A stretch of 64,000 nucleotides of DNA from Nannocystis pusilla (GTDB lineage Bacteria > Myxococcota_A > Polyangia > Nannocystales > Nannocystaceae). Location: assembly GCF_020073745.1 (NCBI RefSeq), contig NZ_JAIRAU010000047.1, positions 93,990 through 157,989 on the forward strand. The letters run 5' to 3'. Position numbers and translations under genes: made by a program. Shown one piece after another: positions 1-12,259 of the stretch (positions are counted from its first letter, which is position 1; every line of letters starts with the position of its first letter). The notes beneath the pieces were generated by a model. The model searched no databases, had not been told where the DNA came from, and worked only from the letters and a program-made list of their open reading frames with translations.

Positions 1-918
1 CGCCGGGGAAGCCGACGATCACGTCGGTGCCGACGCCGATCCCCGGCACGACCTCGGCGAGGCGAGGCACCAGCGCGCGCAGGTCGGCGGCCGTGTGGGC
101 GCGACGCATCCGCCGCAGCGTGTCGTCGTCGCCGCTCTGCACCGGCAGGTGGAGATACCGGCACAGCCGCGGCTCGCGGGACAGCAGCGTCACCAGGTCG
201 TCGTCGACCTCGTGCGGATCGACCGAGCCGAGGCGCAGCCGCGCCGCTCCGACGTGCGGCAGCAGCTCGGCGACCAGCCGCGACAGCGACGCCCGCGGCC
301 GCAGATCGCGGCCGTAGATCCCGAGGTGCACCCCGGTCAGCACCACCTCGGGCACCCCGGCCGCCACCAGCTCCTGCAGCTGCGCGCGCACCTCGTCGGG
401 CGCCACGCTCGCGCTGCGCCCGCGGACCTGCGGCACCACGCAGAAGCTGCAGCGGTAGTCGCAGCCGTCCTGGATCTTCAGGTAGGCCCGGCTGCGCCGC
501 GGGTCGGCGGCGGGACGCAGCCGGGCCACGCGGACCCGCCGGGCCAGGTCGACCGGCGCGACGTGGATCTCGGGGACATGTCCTTTTCCACATGTCCCCG
601 AGAACAGGTCCACCAGCCGCTCCTTCTCGCGGTTGCCGACCACCAGCGTCACCCCCGGCAGCGCCGCGGCCTCCTCGGGGGCGGCCGTCGCCCAGCAGCC
701 GGTGACCACCACCTTCGCGCCGGCGCGCGCGGCCCGACGCACGTGCTGGCGCGCGTCGGCGTCGGCCTCGTGGGTGATCGTGCAGGTGTTGACGACCACC
801 AGCTCGGGCGCGGCCTCGGCGTCGACGACCGTGTGGCCGGCCGCGCGGGCCATCTGTTCGAGGGCGTCGGACTCGAACTGGTTGAGGCGACAGCCGTGCG
901 TGGCGAACGCGACGCGCA

Positions 919-919
<1 letters not shown>
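1..919 (-). CDS. MiaB/MtaB-like radical SAM tRNA methylthiotransferase, partial. The N-terminus is at 919 and the C-terminus runs off the window start.
   Basis: Translation gives MRVAFATHGCRLNQFESDAL...VVNTCTITHEADADARQ...YLKIQDGCDYRCSFCVVPQVRG. This is the MTTase N-domain plus the CxxxCxxC radical-SAM motif. The ATG overlaps the stop of the upstream kinase gene (TGATG). Confidence 0.8.
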
Positions 920-2970
<2,051 letters not shown>

Positions 2971-2985
2971 CGCGCTCGCAGGACG

Positions 2986-3588
2986 CTAGCACGGCCGGCG
3001 CGGGCGGAAAAGCTGGCGCCGACCCCGAGAACGCGCTGGCTCGGCCGCCAGCGCCCGCCACTGCCCGGGCGCGAGGCCCTCGACCGTCCACGGTCCGATC
3101 GCCCAGCGAACCAGACGCAACGTCGGCAACCCCACCGCGGCCGTCATGCGACGCACCTGGCGGTTTCGGCCCTCGCGCAGGACGAGCTCCAACCAGCAGG
3201 TCGGGATCGTCAGGCGCGTGCGAATCGGCGGTGTTCGCTCCCACAACGCCGGTGGGTCGACGAGCCTCACCTCGGCGGGTGCGGTCGGGCCGTCGCGGAG
3301 GACCACGCCGGCGCGCAGGCGGTCCAGCGCCGCCTCCGTGGCGATGCCCTCGACCTGCACCAGATAGCGCTTGGGCAACTTGTGTCGCGGATCACTGAGC
3401 CGGTGTTGCAGCGCCCCGTCGTCCGTCAACACCACCAGGCCCTCGCTGTCGAAGTCGAGGCGACCGGCGGCATACACGCCAGGCACGTCGATGAATTCGG
3501 CGAGGGTCGGCCGACCCTCGCGGTCGGTGAATTGCGTCAGCACCCCGTAGGGCTTGTTGAACAGGAGCACCTGCGACACGACGTTCAA
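2986..3588 (-). CDS. rluE: 23S rRNA pseudouridine synthase RluE
   Basis: [16 protein letters not shown]...[28 protein letters not shown]...[25 protein letters not shown] matches the RluE/RsuA family closely. The start was chosen as TTG or GTG near 3580-3588. The upstream part of the 874-aa ORF is a GC artifact. Confidence 0.8.
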   Translation of the reverse strand: MNVVSQVLLFNKPYGVLTQFTDREGRPTLAEFIDVPGVYAAGRLDFDSEGLVVLTDDGALQHRLSDPRHKLPKRYLVQVEGIATEAALDRLRAGVVLRDGPTAPAEVRLVDPPALWERTPPIRTRLTIPTCWLELVLREGRNRQVRRMTAAVGLPTLRLVRWAIGPWTVEGLAPGQWRALAAEPARSRGRRQLFRPRRPC

Positions 3589-3789
3589 TTCTGACGCTGC
3601 CCCGGGTCTCGCGGCCGCCGCAGCGACGCTTGCATCCTCACGAACCTCGTGTTCGCCGCGCTGGCGGGCTCTGGGGGTGAGATCCCCCGGATCTTGGAGC
3701 GTAGCCGTGCCTGTGGCCTGGACGCCCTCGGTTCGAGGAAGTACCACAGTGCGACGGCGCCTGCGCGCCGCGGCTCGAAACGAGGAATC

Positions 3790-5598
3790 GTGAGCACCAC
3801 CAGCTTCTCCGTCGACCTCCGCGATCTCCACTTCGTCCTCTTCGACCAGCTCGCCGCGCACGAGCAGCTCGCCGCGATCCCGCGCTTCGCCGAGCTCGAC
3901 CGTGAGGTGTACGAGGCCACCCTCGACGAGGGCAAGCGCCTGGCGACCGAGGTGCTGGCGCCGATCAACGCCCCGGGCGATCTCGAAGGATGCACGATCG
4001 ACGGCGACGGCAACGTGAAGACCCCGAAGGGCTACCGCGAGGCGTGGGACACCATGCGCGCCGGCGGCTGGCTGGCGGCCTCGGCGCCGAGCGAGCTCGG
4101 CGGCAGCGGCCTGCCCTTCACCATGCACGTCAGCCTGAGCGAGATGATGTGCGGCGCCTGCATGGCGTTCATGATGTACGCCGGCCTCAGCGTCGGCGCC
4201 GCGCGCGTGATCCTGGCCCACGGCCCGGCGGACACGCGCGAGATGATCGCCCGCAAGATGTTCACCGGCGAGTGGGGCGGCACGATGTGTCTCACCGAGG
4301 CGGGCGCCGGCAGCTCGGTCGGCGACAACCGCTGCCGGGCCACGCCGACCGACGAGCCCGGGGTCTACCTGCTCGAGGGCGAGAAGATCTTCATCAGCGG
4401 CGGCGACCAGGATCTCACGGACAACATCGTCCACCTGGTGCTCGCGCGCACCCCGAACGCCGGCAAGGGCACCAAGGGCCTGTCGCTGTTCATGGTCCCC
4501 AAGTACGAGTTCACCGCTGACGGCGCGCTCGGGGCCCGCAACGCCGCCAAGGTGCTGCGCATCGAGGAGAAGATGGGCATCCACGGCTCCTCGACCTGCG
4601 TGCTCGGCCTCGGCGGCGACGCGCCGTGCCGCGGCGTGCTGATCGGCCAGGAGAACCAGGGCATCGAGCTGATGTTCCTGATGATGAACGAGGCGCGGAT
4701 CGGCGTCGCCGTGCAGGGCCACGCCGTCGCCGCCGCCGCTTACAACTACGCCCGCGGCTACGCCCGCGAGCGCATCCAGGGCCAGTCGATCCGCGAGGCC
4801 CGCAGCCAGGACGCCCCCAGCGTGGCGATCGTCCACCACCCCGACGTGCGCCGCATGCTGATGACCCAGAAGGTCTACACCGAGGCGATGCGGTCGCTCC
4901 TGCTGCGCATGGCGCTGATCGTCGACCGCGAGCACGGCAGCGAGGACGCGGCCGAGCGCGAGCGCCTGCGCGGCCGCATCGACCTGCTCACCCCGATCCT
5001 CAAGGCCACCTGCACCGACCTCGGCTTCGAGGTCGCCGTCGGCGCGGTCCAGGTCTACGGCGGCTACGGCTACATCGGCGAGTACCCCGTCGAGCAGCTC
5101 GTCCGCGACGTCAAGATCTGCTCGATCTACGAGGGCACCAACGGCATCCAGGCCATGGACCTGGTCGGCCGCAAGCTGCGGGTCGGCGGCGGCGCGCTGT
5201 TCATCGACTGGATGCAGGAGGCCCAGGGCCGGCTCGCCGCCGCCGCCGAGGCGGGCCTGAACGGCCCCGCCGAGGCCATCGGCAAGGCCGTGCAGCTGCT
5301 CGCCGCCAGCGCCATGCACCTCGCCGGCCTCGGCAAGGCGCGCAAGGTCGAGGCGGCGATGATCCAGGCCGTCCCCTTCACCCGCATGTTCGGCCTGGTG
5401 CTGCTCGCCATCGAGTGCGTCGAGCAGGCCCTCGTCGCCGCCCGCCTCCGCGAGGCCCGCGGCGACGACCCGCTGCTGGTCGGCAAGCAGCGCAACCTCG
5501 AGTTCTTCGTCGCCGCGCTCCTCCCGCAGGCGATCGCCCTCGGCAAGAGCATCCAGTCGGACGACGAGAGCCCGCTCGACCCGGCCCTGTTCACCTGA
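3790..5598 (+). CDS. acyl-CoA dehydrogenase (long, ~600 aa type)
   Basis: The protein shows ACAD N, middle and C domain patterns ([78 protein letters not shown]). A GTG start lies after the GAGGAA ribosome-binding site (RBS). Confidence 0.85.
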   Translation: MSTTSFSVDLRDLHFVLFDQLAAHEQLAAIPRFAELDREVYEATLDEGKRLATEVLAPINAPGDLEGCTIDGDGNVKTPKGYREAWDTMRAGGWLAASAPSELGGSGLPFTMHVSLSEMMCGACMAFMMYAGLSVGAARVILAHGPADTREMIARKMFTGEWGGTMCLTEAGAGSSVGDNRCRATPTDEPGVYLLEGEKIFISGGDQDLTDNIVHLVLARTPNAGKGTKGLSLFMVPKYEFTADGALGARNAAKVLRIEEKMGIHGSSTCVLGLGGDAPCRGVLIGQENQGIELMFLMMNEARIGVAVQGHAVAAAAYNYARGYARERIQGQSIREARSQDAPSVAIVHHPDVRRMLMTQKVYTEAMRSLLLRMALIVDREHGSEDAAERERLRGRIDLLTPILKATCTDLGFEVAVGAVQVYGGYGYIGEYPVEQLVRDVKICSIYEGTNGIQAMDLVGRKLRVGGGALFIDWMQEAQGRLAAAAEAGLNGPAEAIGKAVQLLAASAMHLAGLGKARKVEAAMIQAVPFTRMFGLVLLAIECVEQALVAARLREARGDDPLLVGKQRNLEFFVAALLPQAIALGKSIQSDDESPLDPALFT

Positions 5599-5620
5599 GC
5601 GTTCAGGCATGCTCCAAAAG

Positions 5621-5665
5621 ACAGGGCCGTGAGGGCATGTCCCCGCGGCCCTGTTCGTTTAAACA
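5621..5665 (+). terminator. stem-loop (stem cagggccg/cggccctg) with a GGGCATGTCCCC motif in the loop, followed by a T-rich tract
   Basis: An inverted repeat at 5621-5629 and 5645-5654 sits directly after the ACAD stop and is followed by tcgtttaaacattcat. Confidence 0.5.
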
Positions 5666-6001
5666 TTCATCGCCCATCCGCGTCGAGCATGCCTGCTGGC
5701 GAACGGAGACACGGCCGCGGCGCGGGAGGTGGTCGCCCGGGCGTGGGCGGCCTTCTTCACGTCCGGAGCCGGGTCAGGTCACGGAGCGCGACACCGAGCG
5801 CGACGTCGACCGCGGCGCCGTCGATTGGCACGGGTGGACCCCACCGTATCAGCGCGCCTTGGCGACAGTGGTTTGCGCTGCGAAAAAATTGTTCGCGCCT
5901 GGTGAATTGAAAAGCGTGGTGACTCGACTTCGCCGGCGAGGGTCGACGACTGCCGCTCGCGGCCGCCACCCCGCGACACCTCTCACCCCAAGAGCAACAC
6001 G

Positions 6002-7087
6002 ATGCATTCGCCCGGACTTCCTATCCACCTCCCGCTCCACATCGCCCTCTGCGCCCTCGCGGCGCTCGCTACCCCCGCCTGTGACGCCGACGAGGCCGCC
6101 GACGGTGAAATCCCCTCCTTCGACGTCGACGTGCGAGGTGCCCTGGTCCGCTGTGACAACGGCACCTTCGACCTCGAGCAAATGAACGCGACGCTGCGCG
6201 CCTACCCCGAGCTCGGCGAGATCCTCGGCCTCGAGCGCGTGGCCGGCTGCGAGGACGCCCCGAGCTACCTCGCGGGCCTGTCGGCGCACATCGAGAGCTT
6301 CCCGTCGCAGGAGCCGGCGCCCGCGGACGCGGAGTTTCGAATCGCACAGGCGGAGGCCAGCAACCTCACCACCAACGGCGTCCTCCGGCTGAGCAGCGTC
6401 GGCTGCACCGGCGTGCTGATCCACGAGCGCGCGCTGGTCACGGCCGCCCACTGCGTGGCCGCGCTGGCCCCGGCGTCCGGCGAGAAGAACTTTTGGGTCG
6501 ACAACTTCGACATCGACAACTTCGGCGGCGGCAGCTACGTCGGGACGGTACGCGTGAACGTCCACCCCGACTACGCCGGGACCGGCAGCAGCTACGTCGG
6601 CGACGACGGCGACGACATCGCGGTGGTCAAGCTGACCAGCGGCAGCTTCGGCTTCCCCGCCGAGGACCGCCACCGGATCTACACCGGCGCCATGAGCACG
6701 ATCGGCACGATGCGCCTGTACGGTCAGGGCGTCACCTCGCACACGGGCGGCGGCGCCGGCACGCTCCGGCGCATGGTCTACCTGCCCAACTGGAACGGGC
6801 CGGAGCACTTCCTGATGGACGCGGAGACCAGCCGCATGTGCAAGGGCGACTCCGGAGGGCCGGTGATGGACGTGCTCCCCGACGGGGTCACCCGGGTGGT
6901 CGCCGGGCTGGCGACGTCGATCGAGATCGGCAGCCCCGGCGACATGTGCGCGACCACCGGCGGGAAGCAGCGCGCGGTTCGCCTGCAGAACAAGGTCCGC
7001 TGGATCGACGACATGATCGGCGGGACCGACAGCGATGACTGCACACCGCTGGTCATGGACGGGTGGTCCTACGAGCGCTGCTGGTGA
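6002..7087 (+). CDS. secreted trypsin-like serine protease (S1 family), lipoprotein signal
   Basis: The catalytic triad context is present: TAAHC (His), DIAVVKL (Asp) and GDSGGP (Ser). The N-terminal signal carries a Cys. Confidence 0.8.
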   Translation: MHSPGLPIHLPLHIALCALAALATPACDADEAADGEIPSFDVDVRGALVRCDNGTFDLEQMNATLRAYPELGEILGLERVAGCEDAPSYLAGLSAHIESFPSQEPAPADAEFRIAQAEASNLTTNGVLRLSSVGCTGVLIHERALVTAAHCVAALAPASGEKNFWVDNFDIDNFGGGSYVGTVRVNVHPDYAGTGSSYVGDDGDDIAVVKLTSGSFGFPAEDRHRIYTGAMSTIGTMRLYGQGVTSHTGGGAGTLRRMVYLPNWNGPEHFLMDAETSRMCKGDSGGPVMDVLPDGVTRVVAGLATSIEIGSPGDMCATTGGKQRAVRLQNKVRWIDDMIGGTDSDDCTPLVMDGWSYERCW

Positions 7088-7130
7088 GCGCGCTGCACAC
7101 CGTCGTCTCGAGCATGGCGTCTTGCTCGCA

Positions 7131-7480
7131 GCGACGACCACCTCCGCCTCACGACAAGCGGGGCCGCCACACTCTTCTGGGGCGGCCTCGCTACGGCGGC
7201 GTGGGACGCAGCGACGACCACCTCTGCCTCACGACAAGCGGGGCCGCCACACTCTTCTGGGGCGGCCTCGCGGCGGCGGCGTGGGACGCAGCGAGGGGCC
7301 CCATGCCTGACGCGCAGACGCGGGATGATTCTTCGGACATGCCCCATCGACCACTCCGCGTCGAGCATCTGGCATGGCAGGTCTCGCGTCGCGAGGGACC
7401 CGCGCCGCCGCCGCGAGGCCGCCCCTCCCCGCTCCCCACGGCCCCGCGTCCTCCCGCACGCGATCCTCGACGCCTCATTC
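7131..7480. repeat. dispersed repeat copy: 2 x 80-bp tandem units followed by a ~190-bp tail that is ~90% identical to 42483-42690
   Basis: The unit gcgacgaccacctc[ct]gcctcacgacaagcggggccgccacactcttctggggcggcctcgc is present twice. The tail contains GGACATGCCCCATCGACCACTCCGCGTCGAGCATCTGGCATGGCAGGTCTCGCG, as the 42.5 kb copy does. Confidence 0.85.
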
Positions 7481-7523
7481 CTTGCCCGGAGCGGTGACGC
7501 TCCGCGACTGCTCCGAGAAAGCG

Positions 7524-7557
7524 GCATGACCGCCAGGACATGTCCCGGCGGTCATGC
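7524..7557. terminator. 34-bp near-perfect palindrome centred on GGACATGTCC (gcatgaccgcc-a-GGACATGTCC-c-ggcggtcatgc)
   Basis: The 11-bp arms are perfect reverse complements. The site lies between the convergent protease and PBP genes and is probably a bidirectional terminator or protein-binding site. Confidence 0.55.
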
Positions 7558-7574
7558 TGTTGCCTTGCCGGAGC

Positions 7575-9140
7575 TCAGGGAACCGCGGCCCACGCGCCGG
7601 TGGTGTCGGGGCACGCGGGCGTGAACACGGCCGTCTTCACCCACTTCTCGCCGGACTCGTCGAGCGTGTGGGCCGCGAGCGGGCTGCACACCTCGCCCTT
7701 GGCGTCGAAGTCGAGCGGCCCGGTGATGCCCGTGAGGTCGACGGACTTGCCGGTGGCGAACGCCGACAGCGCGGCGGGCACGAACATCTTCGGACCCGCG
7801 CCGAAGTCGACCGGCACGCCCGACTTGTCGGACAGCTTCTCCATCGCGTCGGCGACGCGCAGGCCGACGACGATGTCGCCGGACTTCACCGCGGCCATGC
7901 CGATCAGCGACGCCATCGTCGCGTCGTAGGCGAGGCCGGCCTCGGGCGCCAGCGACGACTCGCCGAGGCGGGTGCGCAGCTTGGCGAGCTGCGGGGTGTC
8001 GAGGTCCGGGGTGATGGCGACGACGACGCCGGCGAGCTCCTTGTCCTTGAGCGCCGCCACCGCGGGCATCGCCCGCTGCGGCACGTAGATCTTCTGCGGC
8101 AGCGGGGCGCCGGTCGTCTTGTAGTACTTGATGATGTCGGCGACCTCGGAGCGGCCGAGCAGGACCAACATCTGCGGCGTGTCGAAGCTCGTGAGCGCCG
8201 CGTCGAGCTTGGCCTTCGCGCCCTTGGTGGCGTCGTCGAGCCCGCGGTACGAGGCGATGAACTGGCTGCCGGGGACCTGGGGGATCTGGCTGGGACCGCC
8301 GGTCTCCTCGGTCGCCACGGCGTTGTAGAGGCCGAGCCCGTACGCGTCCTCCGCCAGCAGCAGCACCGCGTTCGCGTCGGGCACGCCCGTGAAGTCTTCG
8401 CCGATCCGGGCGCCGAGCGCCGGGCCCTGGTACTTGGCGCCGGCCATCGCCTGGAAGACCAGGTTGGCCGAGGTGTCGAGCTCGGTCATGTCGGCCGTGA
8501 CCATCGGCCCCATCGTGAACGCGTTGACGCCGGGGGCGAACGTCACCTGGTCGACCACCGCCGTGAATTCGACGTCGTCGACCGGGCCGATGAGCACCGG
8601 GATGGCCAGCGTGTCGCCGAGGTGCCGGCCGGCCGACGTCGCCGACGCGACCTCGCTCTTGGTGTCGCAGACCACCAGCGCGATCTTGTCGCCGTTCGGC
8701 AGCTCGCCGGAGCCGTTGAACTCCTCGACCGCCGCTCGCACGCCCTTCTCCATCGCCTCGCCGAGCGCCGCGTCGGCGCCGGTCTTGGGCAGCATCACGC
8801 CGATGAACGCGACGTCGTCGCTGACCTCGCCGCCGGGGTAGATCGGGGCGCCGCACTCGTCGGTCTCGGTCGACGCGCACTCGCGCGGCGCGCTCGAGGT
8901 GGCGCAGATGAACGCCTCGCCGAGGCCTGCGCACTGCGAGTTGGCGTCGCAGCCTTTCTCGCGGACCTGGCAGGTGTTGGCCGCGCAGTACATCGGCTTG
9001 TTGTCGTCGAAGAAGGCCGCGCAGTCGGCGTCCTCGTAGCACTCGGTGAAGTCGAGCGTCGCCGAGCACGCGCCCGCGATCACCCCGAGGACGCCGCAGA
9101 CAGAGATCCGGGTCAGCATATGCGAGAAGACAGACGACAT
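7575..9140 (-). CDS. periplasmic substrate-binding protein, type-I PBP (Leu/Ile/Val-binding-like), lipoprotein with Cys-rich N-terminal region
   Basis: There is a signal plus lipobox (VCGVLGVIAGAC) and an LIVBP-like fold (IGVMLPKTGADAALGEAMEKGVRAAVEEFN...KIALVVCDTKSE). No ABC permease or ATPase is adjacent. Confidence 0.7.
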   Translation of the reverse strand: MSSVFSHMLTRISVCGVLGVIAGACSATLDFTECYEDADCAAFFDDNKPMYCAANTCQVREKGCDANSQCAGLGEAFICATSSAPRECASTETDECGAPIYPGGEVSDDVAFIGVMLPKTGADAALGEAMEKGVRAAVEEFNGSGELPNGDKIALVVCDTKSEVASATSAGRHLGDTLAIPVLIGPVDDVEFTAVVDQVTFAPGVNAFTMGPMVTADMTELDTSANLVFQAMAGAKYQGPALGARIGEDFTGVPDANAVLLLAEDAYGLGLYNAVATEETGGPSQIPQVPGSQFIASYRGLDDATKGAKAKLDAALTSFDTPQMLVLLGRSEVADIIKYYKTTGAPLPQKIYVPQRAMPAVAALKDKELAGVVVAITPDLDTPQLAKLRTRLGESSLAPEAGLAYDATMASLIGMAAVKSGDIVVGLRVADAMEKLSDKSGVPVDFGAGPKMFVPAALSAFATGKSVDLTGITGPLDFDAKGEVCSPLAAHTLDESGEKWVKTAVFTPACPDTTGAWAAVP

Positions 9141-9166
9141 GGTCGCAAAGCTCCAGCGTTCGCGGC

Positions 9167-10033
9167 TCAGAAGCGATAGACGTAACCGAGGCCGACCTGG
9201 CTCGGCGAGACCTTGGGCTGCATCGCCTGCACGGCCTTCGACTTGCGCGCCTTCGGCACCAGCAGGAGCACCATGCCGACCACCGCCATCACGCCGCCGG
9301 CGATGAACAGGCCGTCGGCCGCGGCCGCCAGCGACTTGCCCTTTTGACCGGCCTCGCGCTGGTCGTCGAGCGTCTCTGCGGCCTCGAACTTGTTCTCTTG
9401 CCCCTTCGCCAGGCCGCCCGCGATCCCGCCGCCGATCAGCAGCGCCGCGCCGACGCCGAACATCGTGTAGCCGATCGGCCGCAGGATCTTGGCCTTGTTC
9501 TGCGGCGACTTGTCGTCGCCGGGCGGCGACTGCGGGCCGAGCTGCGGCCCGACCGGCTGCGTCGACTCCGGCTGCTTGGCCGGCTCGGGCTGCTTCGGCT
9601 TCTGCTTGGCCTCTTCCTTCTCGCGGATCTCGACGATCTTCTCGAGCGTCGCCAGCCGCTGCAGCGCCGTGTCACGCAGACCGATGTCGACCGACTCGTC
9701 GGCGATGAACCTCTGGTAGTAGGAGATCGCCGCGTCGACGTTGTTGGCCTGCTCCTGGATCCGGCCGATGTTGAACAGGATGTTCGGGTCGGGCTGCACC
9801 TTGTAGGCGCGCTCGAACAGCGCCACCGCGGCGGCGTAGTCCTTCTCGCGGTACTTCGCCCGCGCCTGCTCGGCCAGGCTCTCGAACGTCTCGCCGTTGG
9901 CGTCGGTCGGCGGCGGCTCGGCCAGCGCCGCACGCACGGCGATCGGGACGTACACCGCGGCGGCCGCCGAGCGGGCGGGCATGCTCGAGGCGAGAAACGC
10001 AGCGGCCACGAGAGTGACGATCGGCTTCTTCAT
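9167..10033 (-). CDS. TPR-repeat protein with signal peptide and C-terminal membrane anchor
   Basis: TPR-like helices (YREKDYAAAVALFERAYKVQPDPNILFNIGRIQEQANNVDAAISYYQRF) are followed by a Pro/Lys-rich linker and a Gly-rich transmembrane helix. Confidence 0.65.
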   Translation of the reverse strand: MKKPIVTLVAAAFLASSMPARSAAAAVYVPIAVRAALAEPPPTDANGETFESLAEQARAKYREKDYAAAVALFERAYKVQPDPNILFNIGRIQEQANNVDAAISYYQRFIADESVDIGLRDTALQRLATLEKIVEIREKEEAKQKPKQPEPAKQPESTQPVGPQLGPQSPPGDDKSPQNKAKILRPIGYTMFGVGAALLIGGGIAGGLAKGQENKFEAAETLDDQREAGQKGKSLAAAADGLFIAGGVMAVVGMVLLLVPKARKSKAVQAMQPKVSPSQVGLGYVYRF

Positions 10034-10092
10034 GGGGGGGCCTGTGGGGCGGGGTCGACGGCGGCGACCCTCACGAACCCGAGAGCTAGAGA

Positions 10093-12165
10093 CTAACGCT
10101 TTTTGCTCGGACCGACTGGCAACAAATCGTCATCCGGCGCGGGGTTCGGCTTCGGCTTGACCTGTCCGTCGGGCGGCCGCTTGGTCCCGCCGCCCCCCGG
10201 TTTTTTGGTCCCGCCCGGCGGCTTCGGCTGCTCCACCGCCGGCTGCGGGATCGGCGGCGTCCCGGCCTTGGCCGTCAGCATGTAGTCGTAGGGCTGGTCC
10301 TTGGCCGCGCTGACGCTCAGCGCCGTCTGCATCGGCCCGTAGCCGGGCGCGGCCAGCGTGAGGTTGTATTTGCCGGCGTGCAGCGGCACCTCGACCGTGG
10401 TCGAGCCGAGCGGCCGTCCGTCGAGCGTGACTTCCGCAGTCACCGGGGCCGACCGGATCGTGATGATTGCGAACCCCATGTCCGGGTTCAGCTCCGGGAA
10501 CAGCCCCTTGATGCGCTGCTTCGCCTCTTCGTTGGCGGCGTCGAGCGCCAGCACGTCGCGGTAACCCTTGACCGCGCTGATGCGATCGCCGTCGCGCTCG
10601 TACTTGCGGGCGCTGGCCAGCGCCTTCTGCACCTCGAGCTTCGAGCGCAGCTCGTCCGCGCGGTCGGACAGCTCCGGATCGCGGGCGAACTCCTCCTCGG
10701 CGATCTCGAGCTTGCGCTCGGCCTGCGGCAGCTTGCCCTCGTCGATGAGCTGCGCGATCTTGTCGAGGTTGCTCTCGAGCTGCTCGCGGCCGCCCTCCTC
10801 GCGGGTCGCCACCTCGGGGCGGTCGGCCTCGGCCTCGTTGCTGCTGCCGCCGCCGAACGCGTAGATCAACACGGCCAGCACCGAGAAGGCCGCCGCGCCG
10901 ATCAGGATCAGGTTGAGGGTGCGCTGGCGGGCCGCGGCCTCTTGCGCCTGCGGACCGACCACCAGCAGCGTGCGCCCGTCCTGGCTCTGCACCAGGCTCC
11001 CGCCCTCGAGCGGGATGCCCTGGGCCTTGAGCTGGTCGAGCGTCGCTTGCGGGAACTGGGCCGTGATCGGCATCACCGGCGACGGCATCGACTGTGCCAG
11101 TGCACCGGCCCCCGACATCGGCTGCGCAAGCGGCGCGGCGGCCGCGGCGGGTGCCGACCGCGGCCGGCCGAACGTGCCGACCACGATATTCTCCGGCGAC
11201 GGGATCGGCTTGCTGTGTTCGGTGCTGCTCTGCGGCTCCTCCGGCTCGAGCGGCTCCGTCCGCGGCTGGGCGCGCGGCAGGCGGAACATCGAGAACGGCA
11301 CCTGGTCGATCAGCCCCTCGACGACCTCGTTGGCGTCGCGCGGGCGGCGTTCCCGGCTCTTCTCGAGGCACCGGCTGATGAGCTCCAGGACCCCCTCCGG
11401 GACGCCGTTGTCGGGCGGCAGGAGCTCCTGGATCGGCTGCGCCTTCTCGTGGACGTGCTTGTACAGGACCGACGCGTCGTTGTCGGCCTGGAACGGCATC
11501 ACGCCGGTCAGCATGAAGTAGAACAGGATGCCGACCGCGTAAACATCGACGCGCTGGTCGATCTTCTCGCCCAGGATCTGCTCCGGGGACAGGCAGGTGG
11601 GCGTGCCGAGGACGTTCTGCTTGGTGATGTCGGACGAGCCGGAGACCAGCTTGGCGAGCCCGAAGTCGAGGATTTTGACGTAGTTGGCCCGGCCCTGCCG
11701 CTCGCACAGCATGATGTTGGCGGGCTTGATGTCGCGGTGGATGATCCCGCGCGAATGGGCCTCGCCGAGGCCTTTGAGGACCTGCGCGGCGATCGGCACG
11801 AAGTCGGCCAGCGTGAGGTGGCCGCGGCGGCGGACGAACCGGTCGAGCGTCTCGCCCTGGACGTACTCCATGACGATGAAGGCCCGCCCGTCGACCTTGC
11901 CGAAGTCGTGGATGGTCACGATGTTGGGGTGCTGCAGGCTGGAAAGCCCGCGGGCCTCGCGTTCGAAGCGGGCCAGCGCCTCGGAGTCGCCGACCCAGTC
12001 GGGCGCCAGCACCTTGAGGACCACCGGGCGATTCAGGTCGATCTGCGTCGCCTGGTACACGACGCCCATCCCACCGCGGCCGAGCCGGCGCTCGATCAGG
12101 TAGCGCCGAGCGAAAGTCGTCCCCAGCAGGGGGTCTGCTTGTGCTTGGTCTTCCGGTTTGCTCAT
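10093..12165 (-). CDS. Ser/Thr protein kinase with C-terminal PEGA domain
   Basis: GRGGMGVVYQA, HRDIKPANIM and DFGLAK motifs are present. The C-terminus (ITIRSAPVTAEVTLDGRPLGSTTVEVPLHAGKYNLTLAAPGY) is PEGA-like. Confidence 0.85.
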   Translation of the reverse strand: MSKPEDQAQADPLLGTTFARRYLIERRLGRGGMGVVYQATQIDLNRPVVLKVLAPDWVGDSEALARFEREARGLSSLQHPNIVTIHDFGKVDGRAFIVMEYVQGETLDRFVRRRGHLTLADFVPIAAQVLKGLGEAHSRGIIHRDIKPANIMLCERQGRANYVKILDFGLAKLVSGSSDITKQNVLGTPTCLSPEQILGEKIDQRVDVYAVGILFYFMLTGVMPFQADNDASVLYKHVHEKAQPIQELLPPDNGVPEGVLELISRCLEKSRERRPRDANEVVEGLIDQVPFSMFRLPRAQPRTEPLEPEEPQSSTEHSKPIPSPENIVVGTFGRPRSAPAAAAAPLAQPMSGAGALAQSMPSPVMPITAQFPQATLDQLKAQGIPLEGGSLVQSQDGRTLLVVGPQAQEAAARQRTLNLILIGAAAFSVLAVLIYAFGGGSSNEAEADRPEVATREEGGREQLESNLDKIAQLIDEGKLPQAERKLEIAEEEFARDPELSDRADELRSKLEVQKALASARKYERDGDRISAVKGYRDVLALDAANEEAKQRIKGLFPELNPDMGFAIITIRSAPVTAEVTLDGRPLGSTTVEVPLHAGKYNLTLAAPGYGPMQTALSVSAAKDQPYDYMLTAKAGTPPIPQPAVEQPKPPGGTKKPGGGGTKRPPDGQVKPKPNPAPDDDLLPVGPSKKR

Positions 12166-12259
12166 GGCTTCTCGGGGGACCCTGTGACGTTAACACACCT
12201 TCCCCCGGTGTTGCGCGTCTTCGGCAAAACCCGGCGGTAGTTGCCGCAATGGCGCGCTC

